A stretch of DNA of 64,000 bases from Lepidodermella squamata (Eukaryota; Animalia; Gastrotricha), in assembly GCA_047495785.1 (NCBI GenBank), contig JBLDXI010000017.1:3720001-3784000 (forward strand), in the 5' to 3' direction. Each line of letters starts with the position of its first letter. Position 1 is the stretch's first letter. The notes under the pieces were generated by a model. That model searched no databases. It was not told the DNA's origin and was given only the letters and a program-made list of their open reading frames with translations. The position numbers and the translations under genes were made by a program. Shown here one piece after another: positions 11,144-24,500 of this stretch.

Positions 11144-13862
11144 GTAATAAAAGTAATAGCCTATCTGTTGAATTATTTTCATCAGCGTTAAGAATGACCA
11201 TTCACAATTTACAAGACCGAATTTCAAATTTTACCTGCAAGCAAATATCTTGAAAGACGCTGATATTTAAAAATGACAGCCAAGCTGAGTGCTTCGTCAT
11301 AGAATTCCTCAAATTAAAATAGTTTTAAACTTAGGGGTAACGTAACGCATTCGGTTTCATAAACCATAACCCATAAATCATCTAGCATAAAGTAAAAATT
11401 GCCCTAGTGAGTTATAGGGATGAATGCTAAATATAATCTTCTCTCACGTCGGGGAGAGTTGAAAAGAGTCAGATACAATTTCATAACGTAATCAAGAAGA
11501 ATATCGAGTACGAGTCATCTTCGCGTCAAGTACACCTATAGCTAATAAACTAGTACTAATAACTATAACTAGGACATGCTAGAGTTCCGAGCAAGCCAAC
11601 ACTGCATCGTTTTAAAAGGAAAATCTTGATAATTTAGTAATTTTAGTCATACTATGACGAATCTATATAAAATATTAAAGAATGCAGGCCATCGATCCTT
11701 CCAAATTTTAACAAATGTAAATGCTAGAATTCGTTTATCAACAATTAACAAGAGTCCGTATAGCCAATCCTTGGCAGATGGCATCGGCCACTTTAGAAAC
11801 CCAGAATTACACGAGCAAGATACAAGATACCAAGTGTGACGCAGAGTAGTTCGAATAAGTCCGTAATCCTTAACACCACAGCAAGTTGGAAGCTAGAAGT
11901 TAGATTGTTAATGTCAGTCATCCGTCCTTATCGCCGGTTGGCCTTCTCGGAAATCCTGCTTGATATAGAGGATAGAAAGCGGTGAATAATGTGGATTTAA
12001 TAAGAAAAAGACATCAGAATAAGATAATAATAACATTTAATAAGACTCTAGGTAATAAGTAATCAGCTTTCCTAGGGTTAACTCGAGTAATTTTGCTTCT
12101 TAGTAAGTCGGCGTTAAGCTTGCAGTTTGCCGTTTTCCAGATTGGAGAGCCCAGTTGAATACCGGGAGCACGGTAGTAATGAGGATCTACTTTATTTCTA
12201 TCAAAACTTGCATCTTAGCGGTAGCTTGGACTTCGAATCGGCTATTCGAATTCAGTTCTGAATGCGCAGAATGTTAGTGAGTTTAGCTGTCTAATCTCTA
12301 CTATATTTTGTCAACTCAAGAAAATAATCATTTCCTTTCCGCACCTCACTCTTAACTTGGCAAATTCGAAGAAATATGTCTCTATTACAGATAAAGGAAA
12401 GGCTGCGAAACCGGTAAATAACACTTCTGCAATCACTAACATACACTCGCGTTCGTCGGGAAGACAGTCAGTCAGTTTTCAGTTTGCCCTTTATTATTTC
12501 GCACCCTGCAACCTCTTTATCCCTTCATATCAACAAAATAAAGTCAGGAAAATATTTTACTGAAAGGCAAAAATAATATGTTAATTCATATCATACTATA
12601 ACTGCTAAAATATATTATGTTTGAAAATTTTCACTGCATAAGGCGCTCTTAATATTTTATTATTTTCCCAGGGCTGCGCTCCAACTAAAAGTCCTCAGCG
12701 CCAGAAGCTGAGAACTGTGAGCTGGGTGGATGTGTGATCGAAACCTGACTGCAAGTTAAAGTTAACTGACACCAGCTATCAACTATTGTATGTGAAAGAT
12801 AGCCTGGCTCGTTGCCAACTGGGAGATGAGTTTTTAGTCTTAATCGCACCAACCTTGGTCGTCAAAACCGATAACAAAAACATATGTCCTGGGTTTTTCT
12901 AACATAATCCCTGATTGTCTAGCCACTTGACAATTATGATCCATGTTATAATACTTGTTGCTATTGCTGCATATTGGATATTTCTAGACCTCAGTGGACC
13001 TCCTACGTGATGGTGACCACCATTAGTTCAGGCAAAATATGCAATATTACCATGAGATCACGGTTTTGTCTTAGGCATATTAATTACTTTCCGAAGCCAT
13101 CATCAGCTGCGTAACTTGAAAGGTACGGTGTATCTATATCCTTCGATTCCATTATTTGCGGCTTGACAGCTCCCTTCTCCCTATTTCCCTCCCTTTCAGT
13201 GCCGTCTCGTGTGCTGCTACTCGACCATTTAACTCAAAAATGCACGTGTGTAATCCCAGCCTCTTAATAATTTGATTTATTGTATGAGAAACCGTTGGCA
13301 TGGTAAATGTATCATCATCGTGCAGTGTGACCAAACTATACATGGATTGCTTGATATCCAGCCTCTTGAGTATGTTGATAACGACGTCCTGTCGTATTCG
13401 TCAACTTGGTATCCAAACTCCTCAAGCCGTTGAGAAACAGCTTGAATAAAAAAGACAAAAGATGTCCGAATCTCCGCGCCATCCTTGTTTATGCCTTGGT
13501 TTCCCATAACCATAGTCTCGACATTGGCGGCCGTTAAATGTTGATGATTTCACAAGTGATAGTAGGGAAATCCGTCTGCGGTCACTCAATTGAGGTTCCA
13601 ATAAGTAGAACACATAGCGGAAATAAGCATTGCAAGTAGGCGGAGGACTTGGCGAGAGTTGAATCGCTCCTTGATTCTTTCAGATCTAATGTTCTGAATG
13701 TGATAATATGAATAAATGGAACACGTTTTTTATCATATATTGCCTGAATAATACCTCTGAAATTACTCATTTTACCGCATCATGTGCTATGAATACTAAT
13801 TTACTATCACTCATAGATAATTTTATAATTGACGGTACTGTCAAGCTGATTCTCGCGCAGAA

Positions 13863-15350
13863 ATGGTAAGTTATCTAAATTGTTTCCTTGCTTGCTTTGC
13901 TTATCATAACCTATGGGTTGGCTTGATAAAATAATTTTTCTCGCTAAGACGAAGGTAACAGGATATTAAAAAAACTTCCCTTGAAATAAAGCTTGTTTCT
14001 TTTTATCAACTTTGCTTTCAGACACTCCTGAATGGCACGTGCGATATCACAATTAATTTTTGATAGTTTCCTTGTAAATTTATTTGAATTTTAATCCCAG
14101 TCTCGTCCTTGAATAGGCATTTAATGCTATAATTTTCTATTAAATTTTGTTTTCGTGTTATTACGTGAAAGATTGTGCTGTTCAATAATTTTAAGAACTA
14201 GTTAGCTATGATAATCTCTCACCCTCAATCACATTTCGCTCAAGACACTCAGACAATGAGGTCGAATATTTGATGCCTAATGTTGCGTCTTGCATGATTT
14301 TTAGATTACAGATTCAAAATAATTCGGTTCATTTTGTTCGAGTTTTGTTTTCATTCTCGTTTGGATTCAACTTGATTGAACGATGTGATCAATCAAAAGA
14401 TGCAGTACCTAAACACTTCTTAATATTACAAGCCTAGCTCAAGCGTAGTGACCGATCCGACGAAATAGCCGCAATTCACATTAAAAAAGCGAACACAGTC
14501 ACCAAAATTATTTCTTCGTAGTTTGCGCTCAACAATCAGATTTGCTTTAGTTGATGAATGCTGAATGGATGAATGTTATTTAATTTTCTACCATCCTTTG
14601 TTTTTTAATTCCAGGGAAACGATACCTCAATTCCTCTCGATATGTGTGCAACATGTATGTTGTTTTGACTCCCTTTCGTTAACAGGATTACTGAATTTTG
14701 AATGTCGGCGACAGTTGATCCAGAGGAAATCAGGCGATTAGGTAAGAGGTTCCGGAAGTTGGACCTCGATGGATCCGGAGCTCTCTCGGTCGAAGAATTT
14801 ATGACATTACCCGAGCTTCAGCAAAACCCATTAGTTCAAAGAGTCATTGATATTTTCGATCAAGATGGAAATGGAGAAATTGATTTCAAAGGTATGCTAG
14901 TAAATGAGTGAAAGAAGTCGAATAATTTTTCGGCAATGCCGTGATAGAATTCATCGACGGAATTTCTCAATTCAGCGTTAAAGGGGATAAAGAATCGAAA
15001 CTTCGATGTAAGCTTTGCTCATTTAATTGCTGGGATATTTCATCTCGAAATTCCGTGTTTAGTTGCTTTCAAAGTATACGACATGGACAAAGACGGTTAC
15101 ATATCTAATGGCGAGCTTTTCCAAGTGCTGAAAATGATGGTCGGAAACAATCTCAAAGACACACAATTACAGCAAATTGTCGACAAAACAATCCTCTTCC
15201 ATGACAAGGACGGCGATGGTCGAATCTCTTTCGAAGAATTTTGCTCGGTAATTGTTTGAATTACCGATGAGTTGATTTTATTATTGAAAACTTTTATTTT
15301 AGATCGTGGGCAATCTCGATATTCACAAGAAGATGGTTGTGGACGTATAG
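13863..15350 (+). CDS. PPP3R1: Calcineurin regulatory subunit B; exons 13863..13865, 14615..14654, 14715..14891, 14948..15007, 15063..15247, 15303..15350
   Basis: Spliced product [39 protein letters not shown]...[10 protein letters not shown], 170 aa with four EF hands and myristoylation Gly2. All introns are GT-AG. Confidence 0.97.
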
Positions 15351-18294
15351 TTATGCTTGTCAAAGTCATAGTTCTGTCACCTATCTATTGCTCCTTGTAA
15401 CTATTTCGCTTTGTAAAAAAAAACTTATCCTATTCTGTACGCGTGTTTCTGACAATTCAGACCAATTTTCACTCGCGAAATGATCACATGCAAGATGACG
15501 CTGTTTGTGCCGTTTTCCATGTTGACTCGATCTTCAGAATTCATGTTTTTCCTCTATTTTCATTTCGGATTAGTCGTGCCACTTCGCATTGTTCGCCATG
15601 TACTTATATTTTTTGCAGTCGATGCCCGCCATAGATTCTGTGCGAAATTCGTGGTTGAGAAACTCGAACACAACCTACAGGCCACATTCTGAATATTGAC
15701 ATATTTTTACTGCTTAAAAGCGATATATGTTTCTTGTTATTGCACATCTCGATTATTTTCAATGTGCGCATTTTGCCTGGTATGACTTGTTTATGTATGT
15801 ATTATATATGTGCTCGTTTGTGAACAAATTATATTACTAAGAAAGAGGCGCATTCGGAAATGTCTATCGATTTGTACGCTCGCTAGAAGGTTCTGATTAT
15901 GGCTCATGTCTGCATCTCAATCTTGCGGGCGCGTCATGTACTGCCCAATGCGAGCCTGCAGTAATATACTGCAGCTCGTTTTCTGGGTCGAAAAGCGCCT
16001 AAGCAAAGTCGTTTAGCGGCAGTAACGTAAATGCCTCGCTTTTATTGCAATTTCGTAGTTTACTATGACTCGCCCTCTTGTAATTCCCGGCGCCCGGATC
16101 GGCCGCGGAGAGCTGCGCTGCAGAAGTGTGATGTACTCGCTAGTGAATCCTCTCAGCGGCAAGTGTCGCCAGATTACGTCTGAAGGCCGCAACTTTCAGC
16201 TGTGTCGCACCCTATCACAACCGCTGCCACGTCTGCGTCTGTATTCAAAATTACGAATAAGCCGGTTGTTTTGGCTGTTAACCTAGTTTTTATAATTTCT
16301 CGAACTCGTTTTTCAGTCTACCGCTTGTATCAAAATCGATACCAGTTATTGTAGCGCTTTAAATCGTAGCCGTTCTTGTGATGCGCATATTCTTTTCGGT
16401 TACTATTGCTATAATCTCAGTCATATTTACGCTGTTCGCACTTGATAGCCGCTAATTACTAATTACCCACGATAGCTCCGAGCCTCGTCTGCTGTCCAAG
16501 TGGCGACATGTTTTAGCCCGTCCAAATAGCACCGAGTATATCATTCCATTTATAAGCAACATCTCGCTGGCGTCGCGAAGTGGCTAGTCCTAAGCCAGCG
16601 CTTTTGGATTCGAGAATCAACTGCACTATATACCTTGACCTCAATCGACGCGCTATTTGAGCTCACTTGAATCATTGGCGATCTTTACTTCATAACGCAA
16701 ATCATACCTGTTCCCCGTTTCCGATACAACTCCTTTACGATGTATCGAATTCCCCTTTGATTACTCTATCAAGTGAATACCGGAACATCATACGGAGCTT
16801 TGTAATAGTTCGTGTTTACCGTAAAAATATCTAACTTTCTATCACGCTTTCTCTTTCTCTGAAGTTTCTTGTGTCTGATAAAAATGAACCGATTGAGCGT
16901 GTCGGTCTTGTCCATCGTGCATACCAGAAAATAATTTATTACAGTTTTTCAGGTGTTTGTTTCATCTCAAATTGAAATCGTAAATTTATAAATATTTATA
17001 TGTAAGAAAATCGTGTCGATTGTTCACCGGCATTCTCTGGACTGAATGATATGTTAAACAGTTTATCATGACTTACAAAAATGAAATAGTAATCAATTAT
17101 TCTTATTCTATTATATATTACTTATATATTATTATTATTATTATATTAACAGCAAAGACAACTTTCATGGAAAAATAAAATGGAAACGAAAAGTTGATTA
17201 TCCAAATCGCAGTTTTTCAACGTTCATTGAAATATTTACTTTCGCTGTAGACATTTAGAACGCTAGTTGGTGGCCGAATTTTTGCACACATCGGTAGCTG
17301 TTGTTGTTGAAAACAACGCTCTCGCTAGTCTACTGTAATAATGGCCGTCGAACAGGTTTGAGGCAGTCTTAATTACGTTCGGATCGATAGTAATTTCAGG
17401 AGTTGGCTTGGCGACGGCGCTCGTTAATGCTGCGCTTTATTATTTTTTGCGTGATGCGTGTCGATAGCAGAATTTACGGCCGTGCTCGTTTATTATTATG
17501 CGATTATTTATTTTACACCTTGGTCTGTAATGAGTTGTGACGCCTTATCGGCATATGTAAGCTGTAAACTGTCGGCGGGCGCAGATCAGCCGCAACGGGC
17601 TGTATTAATGTAGCAGCGTAATATCCTAGTTGTAGTAGAGAAGTGACTTGACGAGGATCGTATCGGCCGATTGATTTTCGAGTAATAGCAGCCAATTTCA
17701 CTACAACGATTTCCTTCACGGGTCTCTTGCTGTGTGAATAAAAAAACAGCAGGAAAATCGAATTCACAAGCGTTTCACGAGGCACCCTGCTTCGCTAATG
17801 GAAAACACTCAGATGATAGTGATGAGTGCGACAATGCACCGAGAATGCTCCTCGCCTCAAAAAGGGCGCTGAGGATGGCGTCAAGGATGTAATAAACCAA
17901 AATAAATTCGGCGAAATACCTAAATAATCAACCTTAATTCACCGTGGTCAATTGTAAACAGAGATCAATGAGATAAAGTCTTTTTCAATCACCCTGGATA
18001 AAGCTATTTCCTGAAATTCTCCTCGGGCTCGGTTTTTGAAATGACCTAATAATTGTGCTGGGGCAATGAGACGCTCTCATTTTCGACTGAAAACCTTGGC
18101 GGAAATCGCAATCAAGTAAAAACAAAGGAAAATAATCTTGTTGTAGTTCTCGTTACCTTCAAACTGGCGTTACAAAGGGATGCAAGTGCGACTAGCTCAG
18201 GGTTCCGCAATGTCCCAGACTGTCATACTTCAAGGAATGAGACTATGCGTCTTCAATGTTTTCATTCAATGTTTCAATATCTAGACATTATTTG

Positions 18295-18953
18295 ATGTCA
18301 TATCCGATTGTTGAATCGATATTATGTAAAGGAACAGTTGGCGAAGGCGCGAATTGCCGGTGCCAAGTCACTCGAAAGCGGCTATTAGCGGATGTTGGAA
18401 GGGTCGACAGCCCGTACTATTGCCGAGTCAAAGAGGGCGAGTATCCGATATGCGCTTGTGGCCACGCTATCGATGAGCATCTCGATGGAATGCTAGGTGA
18501 GATCCGTTGTTGTCAATCTCTCTCAGTTTTACTCACTCAATTTTAGATAACTTGACTCTGCCCGCGTCCCTAGTCGGAGCAATACAGCAAGTCAAATTAC
18601 GGACTCGCGTAATTTAAATTTTATTTCCAGGGTTTCTGCTCGCACTAAGCATTGATATATATTTATAGTGCAAAGGAGCGGGAACTAATTGTGAGTGCAA
18701 GTTGGAACGAACGAAACTTACAGCCGAACGTGAATGCTCGAGAGATAAACCTCCCGCTATTTTGACAAAAAAGGAAGACGATTTGGAAATTACATGCATT
18801 TGCGGCCATCCGATAGGCGAACATGAAGACTCTTTGCTAGGTATGTCTTATCGATTTGCTGTCTAACCAGTGCATTAAGGCTTCTCCGTTGTTTCAGGAT
18901 CTGTTTCTGGCGCTCTCGCCGGCATGTATGAGAGGCTCATCGGAAAAAATTAA
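18295..18953 (+). CDS. Small orphan protein with two C..CxC...CxCGHxxxxH repeats; exons approx 18295..18496, 18547..18590, 18670..18840, 18880/18898..18953
   Basis: Two paralogous exons encode CKG..NCxC..CxCGH(A/P)IxEH, both ending TGCTAG|GT. Splice phases join into one frame ending TAA at 18953. Confidence 0.6.
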
Positions 18954-19616
18954 TTGCTTGCCGTAAAAATATTTTATCTTAATATCAATATCATGATCTC
19001 AGGTTGAACTGTTAGAAATTTGATTCGTCAATTTGTTTTGTTTGTATTTGAATCTTTTATTTCTCTAGTGAGCTATTTTGGCGATTGTGATACGTATATG
19101 TCTCGAATAAAATTAAATCGTTTTTTGATCATACAAAAAGACGTTTGCGGCTTCTTTCTTTGCTTTATTGATACATTCCAGCGCTTTCGATATGACACAG
19201 TGCTGCATCAAATCAATCACCGTATATGTGTGTGTATAATATACCTATATACTGCTAAGAACCGAATGAAACAACATCTACAAAATTTTAGGAATTATTT
19301 TCAGGCTCACGTATTAAAAGATAATTAGCGTTTACAGCAAGCATAACATGACATTCAATTGGCATATTATTCAAGCTAAAAATACATCACCGTTTTTTAA
19401 TTTTTTGGAATATGGTCATAAGTGCCAGGTCCTAATTTATCAGCGAGTAGAAAAACAAATATTCACCACAACACCTATAGTTAGTTCATGTAGTAATACT
19501 CGGGTCAATAAACTTCACACCAATTAATTTGTGACTTATATAAATAGACCTAGCGTCTCAATTTGCTTTCGTCAAATCCGTGGAACATGATGATGATTCA
19601 CGTCGGAAAGTATGGC

Positions 19617-20384
19617 CTAGTATGGGTAGCCGTAACGGGAGCTTGATTGCCAAGAATAGGAGGCGGCTGGCTTGTATGACGAGTAAGAATTCTTCGATCC
19701 ACAAGCGCGGCACTGAAATGAAGACAAATTCAAGTTTAAAGTTGAATTAATTTACGCGATGCATAATCCATTTGTAATTAAATACGTAAGAAATGCAAAT
19801 AACATCCAGCTTAAGAATCTTGAGAATATAGATGACTTTTTTCAGCAAGACCTAAAAATCGGCGTGGCTAACCCGTTGAACTCAAGGGACAGAGAAGAAC
19901 TTTAATTCAAATATCCTTAATTTGATTTTCAATGTCAATTCCCACGAAATTGGCTAATGTTAGTGATTAGGAAGATTTATGAATAAAGTCTACTTACACC
20001 ACCACCACCGCTGTATGACGGCGAATAGCTGGAATAGCTGCTGGTAGCTGGGCGGTAGGTCGATGGGCTCATGTTGTAACTGGGTGCTGGTGGTTGGTAT
20101 GACGACGAGCCGGGGTTGTAAGCGTCGTAGCTCGGTGGCGAGTACGTATTAGCACCGCTACTGTACGAAGAAGTGTTATAGTCGGCAACGCCCGCCGAAG
20201 GGTTCGACCACGGCGTCCGTGCGGCTTGCGAGGAAGCGGCTGCGGTGTATGAAGTCGTTTGCGGTTGATAACTCGTGCGCATGGCGTTGCTGCTGCTGGC
20301 ACCATAACCCGAGGAGTAGCTGGTTGTTGGGCGCGTTTGGTAGAAACCGCCGTAGCTGGCGTTCGAGGTGCGTTCCCAAGACAT
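19617..20384 (-). CDS. Ser/Tyr/Gly/Pro-rich low-complexity orphan protein; exons 20384..19999, 19712..19617
   Basis: ORF 19977..20384 ends GGT|GTAAGT. TTTCAG acceptor gives in-frame CRACGSKNSYSSYKPAASYSWQSSSRYGYPY* with the same composition. Confidence 0.75.
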
Positions 20385-21565
20385 ATTCTTGGCTGTGGTT
20401 CAAGACCGAAAAAACACTAGAAAAAACAGCTCAGGTAAATGAATCGTATAGAGTTTTGCGGCTCGAGGAAAGAGGGAGAAATATTGCTTTTTAATAAACG
20501 AAGAAGATGACGCGTTTTTGAACGTCTACGTATGCAGGTATAGTACACAGAGCGAATAATCATAAAAAAATCGCCTCTAGAACACGGCGTAGTAGCGTAG
20601 CAACGCAGTGAAGACGCGCGTCAGTCGATGAAGTGCAACATTTTCAATATACAACGCAAAAAAATATCGCTGCGCAGAGTAAAAACGGAATCGAAAAGTA
20701 ATGCAAGAAGTATAATATACGCAGGTACACATTGATGCGACTAAACACCGCTGTGTCGCACGTGCACGGAAAAATGGCGGTCAATTGCATTCGTACGCGT
20801 TGGTGCCGTGGCGCTGCTTGGCGACGCCAATCGATCAGCGCCGCGGTCGAAGCCGGGAGACCGAAAAAACGCTAACGCAAATTCAGCTTAGCTTCAAATA
20901 ATAACCACACATCAACATTACTGGCACGCGGATGATACGTAGAAGTGATCCTAGTCGCTTTTTAATAGCAACGCCATAACAAGTCAAAACAAACATTTTA
21001 TTGCCTTGCGCTAACTTATATATACTTATGCCGCCGGGATTGTGCACACCCGATGCACGAGGCCAACTTGATCGGACTACATTTTTCGTTCCTCTATTTA
21101 AAACATATACGCCCCACACCGTCTAGAGTGATTGTTCAATGTTCAGACCAAGTTTAACCATCTTGCCATCCTGCCTGGCGTCGATTAATTAAATGCATTG
21201 AATTTTTAGGAATTAAAGCCAGGGGTATAATGCTGAAAATAGCTGCGCCTATTGAGGTAATGTCCTTTATAATTGGGATAGATATTTCCCGCATGCTTTC
21301 ATTACGAAGAGTTGTAAACATCTTTGACAGCACCGAGATAACCTTTATTTCTGCGCTCATCATTCGTCGCTAATTTATATCTATTGGCAAGGACGCCACC
21401 TTTTTTGCGCCTTTATGCGTGTATTTATTGCTCAATTTAATCTTTCTATTCATAGAGATGCTACCCGCAGTCAACTCTGCGAGTGCAATTTTTTTCACGA
21501 CGGCTCGTGTTTTTTTATAAAGTCTTGGTGAAATGGCCGCCATAGGTAGAGCCAATTGAGGCGAA

Positions 21566-24500
21566 ATGGCTGGCGTAACGAGGCAATCATCGGCCCACAG
21601 GCGCTTGTCCCGGCCGCCGAGCAGCAAGGCCGGCGGCGAGTCGGAGGCAGGCACCACAACCACAAGTGCCAACTGCGGTGCCACCGAGCTAATGCTGACG
21701 TGTCAAACGGATAACATCGAGAGAGCAAAAATCTTATTAGGTCAGGGTTCTAACGTGTTCGACCGAGATAATTTCGGTCGAACAGCGCTGCACTACGCAA
21801 CCGAAGTTGGCGCGCTTAAATGCGCTGAACTGTTGGTTTTTCAAGATCGCAAAGTGCTCCAGGTGATTAATTTTTAGATAAATTGTTATCCCGGATATTT
21901 AACCTCGAAATTATACCTATTAGGAGCAGGACATTGATGGCTGCACAGCCCTTCACGGCGCTGTGATTGCGGGCAATCTGCCAGCAGTGCGTTGGCTGAT
22001 CGGACAAGGCGCATCGGCAGAATCGACAGATTCCGAACGGCACTCAGTTTTGCATTGGGCGACGGTGTCTGCTCATCCCGAAATCGTGGAGTACTTGTTG
22101 CGGGAGGTCAAAACAAAACCGCTACCCGATCAGCATCACGCTTTTCCGTTGCATTACGCCGCTCAAATGTGCGGCGCTGAATCTTCACCAGGGCTGAATA
22201 GCAATAATGGCGCCAACGCTGTTAGTGGGGCTCAAGGCTTGACGGCACAGCTGGCACTTTTGACCCTGCTCAAACTTGTAGAATGTGGCCACCCGGTAGT
22301 TTGTTCATTCGTCAAATCGCGAATTTTTTTAAACAATATTCGCTCGCATAGCTTGATGTTTGTGATGAAGACAACAGGCAGCCTCTGATATGGGCTGCAA
22401 ACAATGGTGCTGCTGAAGCTTGCTATGTTCTAGTCAACGCAGGTACTGAAGCCTTTTATCTTGATGTATTCTTCGAATTTCCAATCGGCATTCAGCTTTC
22501 AGGATGCAGAAATAGACAAATTTTCTTTTAATTTTAATTTGGAGGACAATAGAACACCTTACCCTAATGTTGATATTCATCCTCTTCGGGACTAAACGTC
22601 GTTTACGGTTTCCGGTTTTGAAGAGATCTTTTGCAAATATAGAAATATGCACATATTTGCAAAAAGAATATTATTACTCTTCGCGCTTGGAAGTAACTCT
22701 CTTTGAATTTTAGCCTCAACTTTGCTCTGAACTGAAAACACAAAGTATGCTTTGTTTCCTATGTTAAGGTGCTTCTGTGAATGCGGCCGACAAAGACGGT
22801 CTAACAGGTAGATAGCTTTCTCCTCCGGAAATGATTGCCACTTTATAATTGGATCATACTTTTTTAGCTTTGCACTGCGCAGCAACTCGCGGTCAAACGC
22901 GCTGCCTCGCAGCGCTGATTCGCGAGTGCGGTGCCCGTCACGATGTGCAGGACTCAAACAAGTGCACTCCTCTTTTTTACGCCGCGACGTTCGGGCACAC
23001 GGCCTGCTGTCGGGTACTCATCGAAAACGGAGCCGCCGTCAATCACATCGACCGAAAACACCGAACGTGAGTTGTTTAGTCTGCATATTGTCCATGTGTT
23101 CACACCTGGGGCACTCATGCGTGAAGCTCAAGTATAGCAAACGGTTATATCGATTGCAAAGCCCTCTTTTTTTTGCACATTTCGATATGACCAGGGCACG
23201 GTGGTCACAGGTGTGGCGGTCGTGATATTATTAGGCTCGTTCGCAACGGCGGAACCGAGCCGGGCGTGATTGGCCGTGATGGCGCAGCGCTATCGGAAAA
23301 CACACGCGGCGCCTATATTCATCGGCGCTTGAGTTGCTGATTTTACAGCAATTATTATTATGGCGACGCAATGCGGGCGATGCCTAGCAACGGCGCCTTT
23401 TCAAAAGCAAAGAAAGCAGCTAAATCATCGCCGCAGCGCATTCAGCACCTTGTTTATCCGCATGTAGCAATAATAATTCTGCCCATTCACCTCGAATCAT
23501 CTTGAGTCGCCTCATAACTTTACAACGGCGTCATTAACATCAAAAACGAAACGCTTTTTTCTTTCAACTCTGCAAGAGAGATAGCCCAGCTGGGTGCTAT
23601 TCGGGGTCCCAAAACCACAGTATAGCACGCAATATTTTGAAGAAAAAATGCCTAGGCCTAGGAAATTATAAGAAACCGTGCGCGTTCAATTTTTGATCCT
23701 GCTTAAAATATTGTTGAAGTCAAATTAAAAATTTGGCTCAAGAATCCCATGTGTGCCCTCTTTATTGCCATTCTTGTGGGTGGATTTTTTAACAGACTTT
23801 TCTCATTTTACAGAGCTGCCCACTGTGCGGCTTCGAAGGGCCATTTCGATTGTCTCAAGTACTTACTTTCCGTCGGAGCCAACCTCTGGCTGCGTTCGGT
23901 CAAGGGCGACTATCCATTAAGGTCAGCAATCTCAGTCTAATTTGTCTAATTTTTCTCCTGCTATCATTCAAGTCATCGCTTCATCTCCCGTCTCATATTA
24001 TGTTTTTCACCGACATTTTTTATTTATAAATCGAATTTTTAGTGAGGCGATAGCGAACGGCCATACGACTTTGGTTACACAGTTATTGGCCGTATTTACA
24101 CCTGAACAAAGAAACGCTTTAGCAAAAGCTCGTCGCGGTCGTACACCCTTACATTCGGCGGCTGCAGCGAACCTTCTTGAACTTTGCAAAGTTCTTATAG
24201 ACCACGGTTCGCCAACCAACGCTCTACATTACTCATCGGTAAAAGGAGTTCGAATTAAACAAAACAAATATTTTGAACCGTGTTAAATTTATTTAAACAG
24301 GCCCAGTACTACACCCCTTACGACTTTGCTGTTATCCGAGGAAACGTTGAAGTTGCCGAATATTTGCGAGCTCGAGGATCGGCACCAGCGGCAAAAGTAG
24401 TCAAACACGCTACCCGAGTTGTTCAAAAATACGTGAGTTGTATTACAGCCTTTTATTGGGTTGGGAATGAGCCCCTACAATTGTAGAATTTTAAAAAGGC

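Noticed and set aside
11400-13800. Fragmented short ORFs between the SKA2-like ORF and calcineurin B
   Set aside because: Possibly decayed transposon sequence or UTR exons, but no diagnostic motif was recognisable.
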